A DNA stretch of 64,000 nucleotides from an uncultured Candidatus Saccharibacteria bacterium (GTDB lineage Bacteria > Patescibacteriota > UBA1384 > DTJR01), in NCBI GenBank assembly GCA_964473025.1, contig CAYYMZ010000001.1:24163-88162 (forward strand), written 5' to 3'. Under the pieces are notes generated by a model. That model did no database searches. It was given only the letters and a program-made list of their open reading frames with translations, and was not told the origin of the DNA. Of the stretch, positions 10,154 to 20,645 are shown piece by piece (the stretch's first letter is position 1; each line of letters starts with the position of its first letter). Made by a program: the position numbers and the translations under genes.

Positions 10154-11987
10154 AAACGCCGTCAGAAGGACAGTCCGGATTGGCTGATCCGGTAAGCGCT
10201 TCATTAATATTTTTAAATTTAAAAATACTTCCGTCGAAAGAGTAACTGCATTTTGGTAAATAAGGGAGGTTGTAACCAAAATAGCTGTTTAAAACGAGCC
10301 GGAAAACATTGACCGAGCTCCCGCCCGAAGATAAATCATCACTAGTTGCTTTTGGTATATGGTAAGCGGCCAATATCCCGTATTTCATCTGGAGATTTTC
10401 ACTAGACAGCTGTTCCTTTTCAGCTAGGGTCATCTCCGCACTCGGTGCCTCGGCCCCAGCGGAGAGCATATTATCACGGGCAGGATAAGGGCCTTCATCT
10501 GATTGAATTATGATAATTGCCTGGCCGTCTGATTTCTGCAAGGCCGTGCTTACGATTTCTTTCATTTGGCTGTTGATAAATTCAACTTGACCGACATATT
10601 TTTCTTTAACTGGCTTGCCAATATTATTGATGCCCGTTGTTTTCGATAGTGAGCCATCAGCGTTAAAATAATACGGGTTGTGGGGCACTAGGATGTGGGA
10701 GAAAATAAATCTTGACCCCGGTGTTTGATCTGCAAGCTCTTTAAGTTTGCTTATGGAAGACAAAGATTGGTCTTTCTGGTTCATCCCTCCGTATGAAATA
10801 ATGGTAAAATTGCCGATTTTTATTCCGTGCACAATTGTTTTCCAGTAGATGCTGTTTGCCAATTCTTTCTTTTCAAATGTGTTAAGCGCGTAAATACGCC
10901 CAAAGATATTAAGGTGGGCGCCTGATTTATAGTCATTATCTGCCAGTGGCGCCTTGCTCGACACGTCGTAATATGAACCAAGATTATAATATTGATAACC
11001 GAGCTTTTTAAGCTCTTTGGCAACCGGAGAATAGAGGGCAGAATTAAAATAAGGCGCGTATGTCTGAAGTGAACTTTTGGCGAACAGTTGAGTCAAATCG
11101 CCGTGGTAGTTGGCCCGTAAAGTGGACGAGACAGAAGAAGCGGTGTTGGGATAATTAGCGTGCGCATTCGGATCGATTGAAAACCCGTTGTCTCTAAGAA
11201 AGTTAGCGAAATCCGAATTATCAAAGCCGAACCTATCTCTTAAAATATTTTCGTTTGTATATCGATCTAAGACAATATAGTAAATATCCGGTTTATCGTC
11301 GGGGTTCATATTGGCACCCTGTTCGAAAAGCGCCGCAGGCCGGTAGAAAAACTGCGGCCATTCTAAAACTGCGATGCGCAAAACAGAATAAAGCTGGATT
11401 GAAAATGTAACCAAGATTGCGATGACAGCTCCTCTGAAGAAAACATCTAGGTTTAATTTTCGTGACTTCATTAAACCGTCAACCTTGATAAACAGATAAT
11501 AAACAATCGCGACAAAGAGAACCACGAAGATAATTAAATTATAGCCTCCGAGAAAATCGATGATTTTAGATATAAAACCGACAGAACGAAATAAGTTCCA
11601 AACTGGTTGCAATATCATGTCGACTCTCCCTCTGATCGCGAAATAAAATCCAACTGCCAAGAGGAGAGCGACAAACCTGTTCTTTGTAAAAGGCCAAAAA
11701 GCCGTTAATGCCAGAAGCGCGCTGGAGACAGCGATTAAAATAAGAGGCAAAGCCAGGTCAAACAGGGAAATTTGCATTCTGTCTCTGATAAAGTCCGTCA
11801 ACGGCTGCAGGCTCAGCAGAAGAAAGATCGGGATCCACAACGCAAGAAAATTCTGCAGCCATTTCGGAGTAATATTCCCTAAAAAACGTGAAACTACTAA
11901 ATATGATTTTGCAAATCTTTTTGCCCACGATATTGCAACGGACTTATTTTCTCCAGTCTTTTTTACTCTTGATTTGACTTTTTTCAC
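10140..11987 (-). CDS. membrane-anchored sulfatase-like (alkaline phosphatase superfamily; LtaS/phosphoglycerol-transferase-like) enzyme
   Basis: N-terminal ~5 TM helices then extracytoplasmic domain; SHILVPHNPYYF resembles sulfatase/LtaS metal-site region. Confidence 0.55.
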   Translation of the reverse strand: MKKVKSRVKKTGENKSVAISWAKRFAKSYLVVSRFLGNITPKWLQNFLALWIPIFLLLSLQPLTDFIRDRMQISLFDLALPLILIAVSSALLALTAFWPFTKNRFVALLLAVGFYFAIRGRVDMILQPVWNLFRSVGFISKIIDFLGGYNLIIFVVLFVAIVYYLFIKVDGLMKSRKLNLDVFFRGAVIAILVTFSIQLYSVLRIAVLEWPQFFYRPAALFEQGANMNPDDKPDIYYIVLDRYTNENILRDRFGFDNSDFANFLRDNGFSIDPNAHANYPNTASSVSSTLRANYHGDLTQLFAKSSLQTYAPYFNSALYSPVAKELKKLGYQYYNLGSYYDVSSKAPLADNDYKSGAHLNIFGRIYALNTFEKKELANSIYWKTIVHGIKIGNFTIISYGGMNQKDQSLSSISKLKELADQTPGSRFIFSHILVPHNPYYFNADGSLSKTTGINNIGKPVKEKYVGQVEFINSQMKEIVSTALQKSDGQAIIIIQSDEGPYPARDNMLSAGAEAPSAEMTLAEKEQLSSENLQMKYGILAAYHIPKATSDDLSSGGSSVNVFRLVLNSYFGYNLPYLPKCSYSFDGSIFKFKNINEALTGSANPDCPSDGVFNAQ

Positions 11988-13372
11988 TTTAGACCCTTAA
12001 CCTTCATTAAGTGAATAATGCGGTGACTTCCCGGAATTTTTTCTTTTTTAAGAATTTTGAATTTTTCGGAAAAACTTGCTTCAAATCCCTCGATTGTGTA
12101 TCCGGGGAAAATATCCTCGCGCGAGGCCAAAAGCCGCTTAGTGTTTGAGTCCTGTTTTGGCACAAATTCGATAATTAAATATTTTGAAGTTTTGGCAAAT
12201 AGTTGTGCGATGTAAGACAGCGGAAGGTTATTGGCGATCGCCAAGTGGTGGATAAAAGCCAAGCACATCGAAAGGTCAAAATTGCATCTTTCAACAAAGG
12301 CGGTTCGCTCCTCGTTATTCCAACCAATCGAAGGGCTTGGATTAGTCAAATCGACGATCATTGGAAATAAACTCTTATCATTATTTTTCTTGATCGTCAA
12401 ATAAGATCTTTCGATCGCAAGTTCGTCGATATCAGAAGCTACGGTGAAAATCCCTTTCTCCGAAGCAAGACGGCTAAACGTCCCGTCATTTGCACCCGCA
12501 TCCCAGACCGATTTCGGCTTGATTTTATCTATCCAACCAGATACGATCTTCTTCTTTGCCTGGAATGCCCCTTTGGAATAATTTGTGTCGTTGTAATATT
12601 CGCCCCAGACTGTTTTCTGCTGTGGCAAATTCAATGCGGTGGCGGTTGACTGCAGGCTAGAAATAATCCCCAACAGTTGATTCTTGGTAATTCCTCGCCT
12701 CCGTTTTTTTATAACGCTTGGGTCGGTATATTTTTGCTGGCCTTTTGCGTGAAAGTGTAAATGGATTCCGAGCCCTAAGGATAATTTGGTTTTCCCAGGC
12801 AGAAGGCGCGATGCTAAATCGAGCGGAATGCCGTCAAGGTAGATTTCAAGTAATTTATTTAACCGTAAATCGGTTTTAGACATCAGTGCCAAGGGAGCCA
12901 GGAAGTGCTGACAAAATTGTTTATATGCTACCCAGGGCTCTCCCGTTTCGTAAATGCCGAAGGATAAAGTGTCGATTAAAACCGGTTTTCCGCGCAAAAA
13001 CTGAATATTATATGCGGATGCGTCCTTAAGGGTCATGCCGTAGGATAGAGCGATTTTCTGAATTTCTATTGTTAGAAGTGCGGCATCCTTTAACTGGCTA
13101 AAACTCCATTCGTACGGATAAGATAAAAAAGGGATTTGCTCCAGAAGCAAAATTTTATAAGTGTCTTGGAAGCTCTTGTTTCGGACTTCTTTGTGATTTA
13201 CAATCAGGCCTTTATCCAACAATTCGGCAAATAAACCAGTGCTCATGAGCATTTCATATTCTCTTGCGTATGATTTATTTACTTGTCTGTAAACTAAGGA
13301 CCCAGAACGGAAAACAAAACCGCTTGGGTCCCTGAAAGAGGAGGGGACCTTATTTGGATTTTTTGAGTTCAT
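11984..13372 (-). CDS. hypothetical protein with C-terminal class I SAM-dependent methyltransferase domain
   Basis: VWDAGANDGTFS glycine-loop motif and downstream acidic residue; N-terminal ~250 aa of unknown function; start chosen at internal Met (MNSKNP), ORF-track start 13444 also possible. Confidence 0.5.
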   Translation of the reverse strand: MNSKNPNKVPSSFRDPSGFVFRSGSLVYRQVNKSYAREYEMLMSTGLFAELLDKGLIVNHKEVRNKSFQDTYKILLLEQIPFLSYPYEWSFSQLKDAALLTIEIQKIALSYGMTLKDASAYNIQFLRGKPVLIDTLSFGIYETGEPWVAYKQFCQHFLAPLALMSKTDLRLNKLLEIYLDGIPLDLASRLLPGKTKLSLGLGIHLHFHAKGQQKYTDPSVIKKRRRGITKNQLLGIISSLQSTATALNLPQQKTVWGEYYNDTNYSKGAFQAKKKIVSGWIDKIKPKSVWDAGANDGTFSRLASEKGIFTVASDIDELAIERSYLTIKKNNDKSLFPMIVDLTNPSPSIGWNNEERTAFVERCNFDLSMCLAFIHHLAIANNLPLSYIAQLFAKTSKYLIIEFVPKQDSNTKRLLASREDIFPGYTIEGFEASFSEKFKILKKEKIPGSHRIIHLMKVKGLK

Positions 13373-13637
13373 TTCCTTTGCTCTTTTCCTGGTTTTCTTT
13401 CTTCTTACGCAAACCGGAGAAAAATCTGATGATCCGGCTTCCATAGACCTTTAAAACATACCCAGCGCCAAGCCCGGCGCCGATTAAAATCTGGATAATA
13501 TAACTTCCCGTACCAGGGTCAAGATAAGCGTGGGCGTTTTTAATTGGCACAAGACATAACAGCAACAAAAGCAGAAACGGCGATTTCACACGCAAGGTGT
13601 TTATTTTTAATTTTGAACGAAATTTAATATCCGACAT
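13350..13637 (-). CDS. small hypothetical membrane/secreted protein
   Basis: 95 aa, hydrophobic stretch LLLLLLCLVPI and GAGLGAGYV; SD-like gaggg 10 nt upstream; overlaps 5' end of upstream ORF, so uncertain. Confidence 0.3.
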   Translation of the reverse strand: MSDIKFRSKLKINTLRVKSPFLLLLLLCLVPIKNAHAYLDPGTGSYIIQILIGAGLGAGYVLKVYGSRIIRFFSGLRKKKENQEKSKGNELKKSK

Positions 13638-13719
13638 CTTTTTGCCCTCATTTATTAGATAGAATCCAAACTAGCTGTTTTTAAAGGTAACACAAATTTG
13701 AGTATTTTCAACACCGCGG

Positions 13720-14634
13720 GTGCGGTTAGTTTTACCCGTTGAACGTGACGGAAGTATCATACTTGACGTGACCAAAATCGAGCCGGGGGAGGGACATCGG
13801 CCTTTGGAGGCCAAGTATGCGGGCGCAGATCCCGCAGCTCTGCATCGGCTCACCAAACGAATCCGGGGGCCAATCTCGACCTACTGTTGGCCGGGTGAAG
13901 CAACCGCGCTTTTGGCACCGTTTGACAAGCTCCAAACCCTGCCCGAGCACCTGATCACAAAACTCAAGGCGAAGTACGGGGTGTGGGAGATTGGGGTGCT
14001 TCTAAACGAAGTGAGAAATACCGGCGCCCCCTACATCTGGAACGTCGCCGAGCCAAGCGGCGGTATGGCAGAAAGTGCCAACCTTGAGCTTGAGGCGATG
14101 CTCGAAATTGTCGAGATGGGGTTCTACAGGGAAGATGGCTGGGCGTCCTTTGATGTCTCGCGCCTTGCGAGTGCTGACCACTCGCAGGAAGTACTCGCCG
14201 AGCAGGAACGCTTGTGGCGTTCCATTAACCCCACCCTCGAGCGCAGGTGCGCGGTAGAGCTCTTGCCGATTGATCGTTTCGGCACAGATACCTTCAACGG
14301 GCGCCGTGGGATTATCTCGGTGCGCAAGGACGGCGGCCTCGGTTTTTTGAGAGCCGCTTACCTCCCTCTCAAAGAGGACGGATGGCGTCTGCGCGATCTG
14401 GAGGAGCATTTCGATCCGCAAAGCCAAACGAGCCAGATGCTCGACCGTAAGATCGTGGGGATTGTCGAGCGCATTGGCGGCAGATCGTCGCTGATGCTCG
14501 AGTTCGCCCCTAATGGCAGGCTTGATGAGTGCGGCCTGCACGTGGCCTTATCGGGCGAAGCGCTCAAGTACAACATCGGGCATCTAACCCGCTACGCGCT
14601 CGGTCCACGCGGTCTCGGCTGGATTAAGGACTAG
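13720..14634 (+). CDS. hypothetical protein (304 aa) in GC-rich islet
   Basis: 915-nt ORF in ~60% GC DNA (long ORFs unlikely by chance at this GC); GTG start, no clear SD; no recognisable motif. Confidence 0.5.
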   Translation: MRLVLPVERDGSIILDVTKIEPGEGHRPLEAKYAGADPAALHRLTKRIRGPISTYCWPGEATALLAPFDKLQTLPEHLITKLKAKYGVWEIGVLLNEVRNTGAPYIWNVAEPSGGMAESANLELEAMLEIVEMGFYREDGWASFDVSRLASADHSQEVLAEQERLWRSINPTLERRCAVELLPIDRFGTDTFNGRRGIISVRKDGGLGFLRAAYLPLKEDGWRLRDLEEHFDPQSQTSQMLDRKIVGIVERIGGRSSLMLEFAPNGRLDECGLHVALSGEALKYNIGHLTRYALGPRGLGWIKD

Positions 14635-14657
14635 CAGTACTACACAAGGAGGCAAAT

Positions 14658-15294
14658 ATGAATATCAGGTTTGTGCTGTTTGACATCGGTAACGTACTGG
14701 CGCTGGCGGATCGCCGGCGGACGGTGGAAGCGCTCATATTGCGCCACGGCGTCCCACGGGAGTTGGCCGAGGGTTACTTCGACCGCGCCGACTATGCCAC
14801 CCTAGGCCGGGGGGCAAATCAAGTGGGAAGAGTACTGTCAGCGTCTTCGTGAGCAGTGGCTTGTCGAGATCCCCGATGAAGATATTCACAGGGCACACGC
14901 TGGTCACATCTACGCTCTCGATGAGGAAGTAGCCGAATTGATTGCGAGAATTGAGGCCAAGCCTAATGCGCTAAAGGTGGCTGGTGTAACTAACACCAGT
15001 GGGGTCGAATTTGTGCGCTACTGTAATCTCAACGTAACCCTTGTTCTCGATCCGGTCTGGTGCTCATACCAACAAGGAGCGCTCAAAGGCGGTGAGGGGA
15101 TTTTCGGGCGGATTGTTGGCGCATGGATTCCGGATAACCTCGGCGTCGGGGTGGGGCCAGATCAGGTTCTACTCATCGACGATAGTCCCGAGAACTGTGT
15201 CGCGGCAGCCGCGGCAGGGCTGACAACGTTCCAGTACACTCCCTACCAACCCTGGCTTCTGGAGGCCTATCTCCGGGAGCAGGAAATTATATAG
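14658..15294 (+). pseudogene. HAD-superfamily hydrolase interrupted by a frameshift in a G6 homopolymer
   Basis: HAD motif I FVLFDIGNVL at N-terminus (ORF 14658-14852) and motif VLLIDDSPEN..AAAGL in ORF 14938-15294; deleting one G at 14809-14814 fuses the frames (..DYATLGRGQIKWEEYCQRL..). Confidence 0.7.
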
Positions 15295-15323
15295 TGAGTG
15301 TCAGCGTAAAGGAGATGATCACT

Positions 15324-15352
15324 GGGGGCCCCGACAGGCCCCCTTTCCTATC
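15324..15352 (+). terminator. rho-independent terminator
   Basis: GGGGGCC-ccgaca-GGCCCCC perfect 7-bp GC stem followed by TTTCCTATCTT; marks 3' edge of GC-rich islet. Confidence 0.7.
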
Positions 15353-15409
15353 TTGATATCTTTGCGTAAATCTTGTACCTTAGCCCTAGACAAATTAAAT
15401 AATTTTATT

Positions 15410-16324
15410 ATGAAACAGAAAATTGCAATCTTAGGGGTAGGGGGAATGTTAGGTTCGATGGTTTTGGATGTCATAGCTCAAGACACAGATTTTTCAATAA
15501 TCGCCACAGTCCGCGATTTGAAAGAAACGAAAAAATTGAAAAAATATAAAAACGTTGTTTTTCGTAAGCTTGACGTCGAGTATGCCGCCACAGACATGCT
15601 TCAGAAGGCGCTCAAAGGCGCCAAATGGGTCGTAAACTGCATCGGCATTATCAAGCCCTATATTCATGATGATAACGCGGTAGAAGTCGAAAGAGCGATC
15701 CGCGTTAACTCGCTCTTTCCCCATAATTTAGCTACGGCGGCCAAAAAGAATAAAGCCAAGGTCATCCAAATCGAAACCGACTGTGTTTATTCGGGCAAAA
15801 AAGGCAAATATACAGAAAGCGATCTACATGATGCACTGGACGTTTATGGCAAAACCAAATCAATCGGTGAAGTTTATTTTGATAATATGTACCACCTCCG
15901 CTGCTCGATTATTGGTCCAGAGTTAGCCGGACATCTTTCCCTGTTAGACTGGTTCTTGACCCAACCGGAAAATGCCAAACTGAATGGTTATCAAAATCAT
16001 CTCTGGAATGGTGTTACGACTTTGCAATTTGCCAAACTTTGCATCGGGATTATCAAGAAGGATATAAAGATTAATCATCTCCAACATATTATTCCGACGG
16101 GCAAGATTGCCAAAAGCGAAATGCTCAAGAGTTTCGCCAAAGAATTCAATCGTTCTGATATCGAGATTACGCCTGTTAATGCACCGAAAGTGGTTGACCG
16201 AACTCTCACAACCGAAAACATAAAAATAAATGAAAGAATCTGGAAAACAGCCGGTTACAAGAAAACCCCAACAGTCAAGGAAATGATAAAAGAGTTAGCG
16301 CAATATAAAATGGTGGTTGAATGA
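15410..16324 (+). CDS. NAD(P)-dependent sugar-nucleotide reductase/epimerase (RmlD substrate-binding-domain family)
   Basis: KIAILGVGGMLGS Rossmann motif; ~305 aa; start at internal Met (MKQKIAIL) preferred over track start 15353. Confidence 0.6.
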   Translation: MKQKIAILGVGGMLGSMVLDVIAQDTDFSIIATVRDLKETKKLKKYKNVVFRKLDVEYAATDMLQKALKGAKWVVNCIGIIKPYIHDDNAVEVERAIRVNSLFPHNLATAAKKNKAKVIQIETDCVYSGKKGKYTESDLHDALDVYGKTKSIGEVYFDNMYHLRCSIIGPELAGHLSLLDWFLTQPENAKLNGYQNHLWNGVTTLQFAKLCIGIIKKDIKINHLQHIIPTGKIAKSEMLKSFAKEFNRSDIEITPVNAPKVVDRTLTTENIKINERIWKTAGYKKTPTVKEMIKELAQYKMVVE

Positions 16325-17412
16325 AAGTCTTGACAATACTTGGAACCCGTCCCGAAATAATCCGACTTTGTTTAATTATTAAAAAATTAGATTCTCTTTG
16401 CGACCAGGTTTTGGTTCATACCGGACAGAACTACGACGTCAATTTAAATGAAATATTTTTGCGTCAGCTCGGCGTTCGCAAAATGGATTATCACTTTAAC
16501 GCAACTGGAACCCCCGCCGAGCAGATAGGCAAAATTTTAGTTGAGCTTGAAAAAATCATTAAGAAAGAAAAACCAGACCGGTTCCTGGTCTTAGGCGACA
16601 CTAACAGTTCGATTGGCGCTATTATGGCCAAACGGCTTCATATTCCCGTCTATCACATGGAGGCGGGCAATCGATGTTTCGATGACCGCGTTCCCGAGGA
16701 GGTTAATCGCCGGATCATTGACCATTCAAGTGATATTTTAATGCCTTATACCGAGCGTAGCCGCCAGAATCTTTTGCGCGAAGGCATTGCGGGGCAAAGA
16801 ATTTATGTAACAGGCAACCCGATTAAGGAAGTGCTTGATTATTTTGCTGAAGATATCGATGCAAGCCGAGCGATGGAAAAATTCAAAGTCGAAAAAGGTA
16901 AATTCTTTTTAGCAACGCTACATCGCGAGGAAAATGTCGATGTTGAAGAACGGCTTGCAAGATTTGTGCAGGCCTTCAACAAATTGACCGAAAAATACAA
17001 AATGCCACTTATCTGGAGTGTCCACCCGCGCACCAAAAAAAGAATTAAAGCAAATAAAAAACTTAAATTAAATAAGGCCGTTTGCGCAATCGAACCGTTG
17101 GGACTCTTTGACTTCGTGCATCTTGAGAAAAATGCCTTCTGTTTACTCTCCGATAGTGGCACCGTACAGGAAGAGGGAGCGATTTTTAACGTTCCAAACG
17201 TTACGCTTCGAGATGTGACGGAAAGGCCCGAAACCATCGAAGCAGGAAGTAATTTCTTAAGCGGTTGTGAGATAGAATCGATCCTGCTTGGTGTAAAAGT
17301 AGCGGTTCAGAAGGCGGACAGTTGGGACCCGCCCAAAGAGTATCTAGTTTCTGATGTTTCCTCTAAAATTGCCAAAATAGTTCTAAGCTATAAAAAAACA
17401 GAGCAATCTTAA
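16321..17412 (+). CDS. wecB: UDP-N-acetylglucosamine 2-epimerase (non-hydrolysing)
   Basis: MKVLTILGTRPEIIRL..HMEAGNRCFDDRVPEEVNRRIIDHSSD..LHREEN characteristic WecB/MnaA motifs. Confidence 0.85.
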   Translation: MKVLTILGTRPEIIRLCLIIKKLDSLCDQVLVHTGQNYDVNLNEIFLRQLGVRKMDYHFNATGTPAEQIGKILVELEKIIKKEKPDRFLVLGDTNSSIGAIMAKRLHIPVYHMEAGNRCFDDRVPEEVNRRIIDHSSDILMPYTERSRQNLLREGIAGQRIYVTGNPIKEVLDYFAEDIDASRAMEKFKVEKGKFFLATLHREENVDVEERLARFVQAFNKLTEKYKMPLIWSVHPRTKKRIKANKKLKLNKAVCAIEPLGLFDFVHLEKNAFCLLSDSGTVQEEGAIFNVPNVTLRDVTERPETIEAGSNFLSGCEIESILLGVKVAVQKADSWDPPKEYLVSDVSSKIAKIVLSYKKTEQS

Positions 17413-17454
17413 TAGGCTCTTTACCCTTTTCACTTTTAACTTTACCCTGTTTGG

Positions 17455-19428
17455 TTATTGAACGTAAGGGACTGCTTTCGGTTCGCCATTAGTATCGTTT
17501 ACTATTTTAAATAGTCGATAGCTTTTAGCTTTACTGATGTCCTCGAATAATCCTCCGTATGTATTCCAAAAATCTTCGCCTACCCTGTCTACAAGAAAAT
17601 AATCGTATTGGCCTGTCGCAAAAAGTTTTCTTAGCTGATCTGAGCTTGATCCAGACACCCAATAATCTTCTTTGCCTGGTTCTTCGATTCTTTTTAATTG
17701 CTCAGAACTGAATTTTCTCGGGAATATTTCGTAAGCTAAAATTGGCGACTCGACATCTTTGAACTTAGTATAGATAAATGTTCTTGACTTTTCCTCGGTG
17801 CGGCCATTTAAAAGATTAATCCAAGGCGTCAAACCATTTTTTAGTTGATTCGTCAGTTCTATATTTACGCTGGGGTAAGTATAGAAAACATTAATTGGAG
17901 GTGTTTCAAAAATAAAAAGCAATAGCAAAGCGCTACCCAAGATTGATAACGGCTTGGCATTTTCCTTTCTAAATAATCTGTCGCCGATCATAATCACAAA
18001 CCCGATGAGGGCGACGAAATATCCTATCGTGTAGGTGTTGATATATCTTACTATCGAAGTTAGCTCAAGAGCTTCCCTTAGGGGGTAAAAATAAGTGTAT
18101 GCGGCCATCAGAAGAACAAGGTAAGAGGCAAAGCCGGCCGTTAAGCTGATAAACAGAAGCAGGAAAATGCCCTTGTCTTTCTTCGTAAGGCATTTATAGA
18201 TTAAAAATGAAAAAATGAATAAAATTAATAACCACACAACCAAGGGAAATCTTTTCGTATTAGTCAGTTTTAATATCAGTTTCATTACGGGATTATTGTC
18301 TGTCAATGACTCAATCTTGGCTGAATCTTTTTGGAATGCCGAATTGATTCTTTGGGTTGCAAGGGCTTTTACAAATTTGGTTGCAATCAGTTTTTTATCC
18401 CGCCCAATTGGCTGGGTTTGTGGCTGGGTGCCTTGCGGCTCGGAAATGTTTTCAATCCTAAACTTCGAAGCAACATTAAATTGATTCAAGTAAACATACC
18501 AACTTTTATAAGCTAAAAAAGGCGTTGCAATAATTGCCAAAATGATCAGTACGTTAAAGACCGAAATTTTCAGGTTTTTTCTAGAATAAATACACAAATC
18601 AATCAAGTTTACTGCCGCAAGAATGTAGGCAAAAATCATTCCATTCTCTTTGATGGTGGAGAGCAAAAAGAGAATTGGCAAGATTAGCAATTTTTGTTTT
18701 ATCGATCTTAGAGTAAAAAGAGAGACCAAAATTGAAATCCCAAAGATAATTGCGATTACGTGGTCAACCAAAATGGACAAGAAACCAAACTGGCTGAATA
18801 AAAAGTAGCTTAAAAAGGAGAAAAGAACCAAGATGAGCAAAAGGTTTCCTTTGTAGTTAATTTTTTTCAAGGCCATAACATATGACAGGGCGGAAAAACC
18901 CAAAATACCTTGGGCGAAATAAAGCGCCTGCTCGCTAAATTTACCGAATTGGAGATAGAAATACTGGTTCAGCGAGGCAATTGGTGAATAATAAACACCA
19001 TAGTCAATAACTCCGCCGTATATACCGGACAGGCCGTGGTTATAAAAAATTAGCTTGGCATATTTTGCCCAGTAGAACTCATCGCTGTTATGCAGGGTTG
19101 CCCCTTGAACATAGGCAAACCAAACAATGCCAAGAGCAAGAAAAAACCAAAATTGGCTTGGTATCGATTTTAGGAAAATAAATATTTTTGCTGGCGAAAA
19201 CCGGTTTTTTATCAGGACGTATAGGGTGCAATAAATAAGTGAGGCAAGGCCGGCAAAAAAGATTAATTTATTTACCCAAAAGAGAAGACCGATGAAAGCG
19301 GATAAATATAATAATAAAATAATACTGGTACAAACAAAGAGAGGGAAAACCGAAATCAGCTTGGGATATTTTTTAGATAATACCCCAACAAACCCGATAA
19401 TTGACAAAAAACTCAAGAAATAGATCAA
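17455..19428 (-). CDS. large polytopic membrane protein (>=12 TM) with C-terminal extracytoplasmic domain; possible polysaccharide polymerase/glycosyltransferase
   Basis: 657 aa, long hydrophobic N-terminal two-thirds; located inside glycan locus; no diagnostic motif. Confidence 0.45.
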   Translation of the reverse strand: MIYFLSFLSIIGFVGVLSKKYPKLISVFPLFVCTSIILLLYLSAFIGLLFWVNKLIFFAGLASLIYCTLYVLIKNRFSPAKIFIFLKSIPSQFWFFLALGIVWFAYVQGATLHNSDEFYWAKYAKLIFYNHGLSGIYGGVIDYGVYYSPIASLNQYFYLQFGKFSEQALYFAQGILGFSALSYVMALKKINYKGNLLLILVLFSFLSYFLFSQFGFLSILVDHVIAIIFGISILVSLFTLRSIKQKLLILPILFLLSTIKENGMIFAYILAAVNLIDLCIYSRKNLKISVFNVLIILAIIATPFLAYKSWYVYLNQFNVASKFRIENISEPQGTQPQTQPIGRDKKLIATKFVKALATQRINSAFQKDSAKIESLTDNNPVMKLILKLTNTKRFPLVVWLLILFIFSFLIYKCLTKKDKGIFLLLFISLTAGFASYLVLLMAAYTYFYPLREALELTSIVRYINTYTIGYFVALIGFVIMIGDRLFRKENAKPLSILGSALLLLFIFETPPINVFYTYPSVNIELTNQLKNGLTPWINLLNGRTEEKSRTFIYTKFKDVESPILAYEIFPRKFSSEQLKRIEEPGKEDYWVSGSSSDQLRKLFATGQYDYFLVDRVGEDFWNTYGGLFEDISKAKSYRLFKIVNDTNGEPKAVPYVQ

Positions 19429-20606
19429 TTTGCGGACCTAGTTTTTATACATTTTTGATAAATAATTACTATTTTGTCTGCAACCTTCCCGATATCAAAC
19501 TGTTTTAAGGCCACAGCGCAATTTTTTGATAAATTTGCTCTTTCATTATAAACCCATTTTATTTTTTGGGCAGTTTCTGCCGGGTTTTGCGGATCGCTGA
19601 CTACAGCTGCGCATTGGTATTTCATCAGCTCTTCTGAAATGCCAACATCTTTAGATAAACATACTGGCACATTGTGGCTTAATGCTTCAAGGGCGGCCAA
19701 AGAGAAGGATTCGTAGTATGAAAAAAGGACAAAAACGTCACTACTTGCGAAAAGTTCCTCCTTTGTCTTCCCCTCGACAAATCCAGTAAAAATAACATTA
19801 TCGCCTAATTGCAGGTCAGCAATTTTTCGGTCAAGTTTCGCTTTTTCTCCCTCATCCGGTCCCGCGATAATTAATTTATAAGAAGGATCGTTCCTGACGA
19901 GAAGGGCGAAAGCGTCTATTAGTCGGTCCAACCCTTTTATGAAACCCAATCGGCCAAGAAACAACAAAACCTTATCGGTTTCTTTAAGGCCAAATTTTTG
20001 GCGATTACTCCTTTCCCTTTTTTGCGTGGTGCTCGAAATAGGATTTAAAACAACCTCGACTTTATCTTTTAAATCTGGCATAAAGCTTAATAGCCGCTTT
20101 TTTTCCTGCGACGAGACAACCAGAATCTTTGACGCGTCTCGAAGCAACCGCTTGCCGTACAAAATATTGAAGATTTTTTTGATCAAGGTCTTCTTAAAAA
20201 GCGGAATTGGCGCAGGCATTTCATGCAGATGCAGAATATAGGGAATTTTGTATTTTCGGCAGTATTTGGCGCAAACAATATTTTGATAAGTAAAAAAAGA
20301 ATGTAAATGTACTAAATCGTAATCTTTGACGTGCGACCTAAAATATTTTTTGAAGCCCCTGGGTAAAAATAAATTGGCTTTTTTTGCCAAAACATTGCTG
20401 ACATTCCTAAACCTTAAAACTCTGACCAAGTCAATCACTTCACAAAGCTTACCTATTCGTTTAGTATGGTCGTATGCATCGGTGGTCAGAACCGTTACCT
20501 CGTGTCCACGTTTGGCTAATTCTCGAGATATGTCAAAGCACACCCGAACCGGACCACCGTAACCCCAGGCCGGCGCGAAAAATGGAATGATTTGCGCGAT
20601 TTTCAT
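19425..20606 (-). CDS. glycosyltransferase family 4
   Basis: MKIAQIIPFFAPAWGYGGPVRV N-terminal GT4 motif and C-terminal E..FSLAALEAL..VPV motif. Confidence 0.8.
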   Translation of the reverse strand: MKIAQIIPFFAPAWGYGGPVRVCFDISRELAKRGHEVTVLTTDAYDHTKRIGKLCEVIDLVRVLRFRNVSNVLAKKANLFLPRGFKKYFRSHVKDYDLVHLHSFFTYQNIVCAKYCRKYKIPYILHLHEMPAPIPLFKKTLIKKIFNILYGKRLLRDASKILVVSSQEKKRLLSFMPDLKDKVEVVLNPISSTTQKRERSNRQKFGLKETDKVLLFLGRLGFIKGLDRLIDAFALLVRNDPSYKLIIAGPDEGEKAKLDRKIADLQLGDNVIFTGFVEGKTKEELFASSDVFVLFSYYESFSLAALEALSHNVPVCLSKDVGISEELMKYQCAAVVSDPQNPAETAQKIKWVYNERANLSKNCAVALKQFDIGKVADKIVIIYQKCIKTRSAN

Positions 20607-20645
20607 ATAGTCAATATATCATAAAGCATAAGGTTTAAAAGCAAA

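Noticed and set aside
14002-14541. 179-aa antisense ORF inside the GC-rich islet
   Set aside because: Lies fully antisense to the longer 304-aa ORF; long spurious ORFs are expected opposite real genes in 60% GC DNA; no SD
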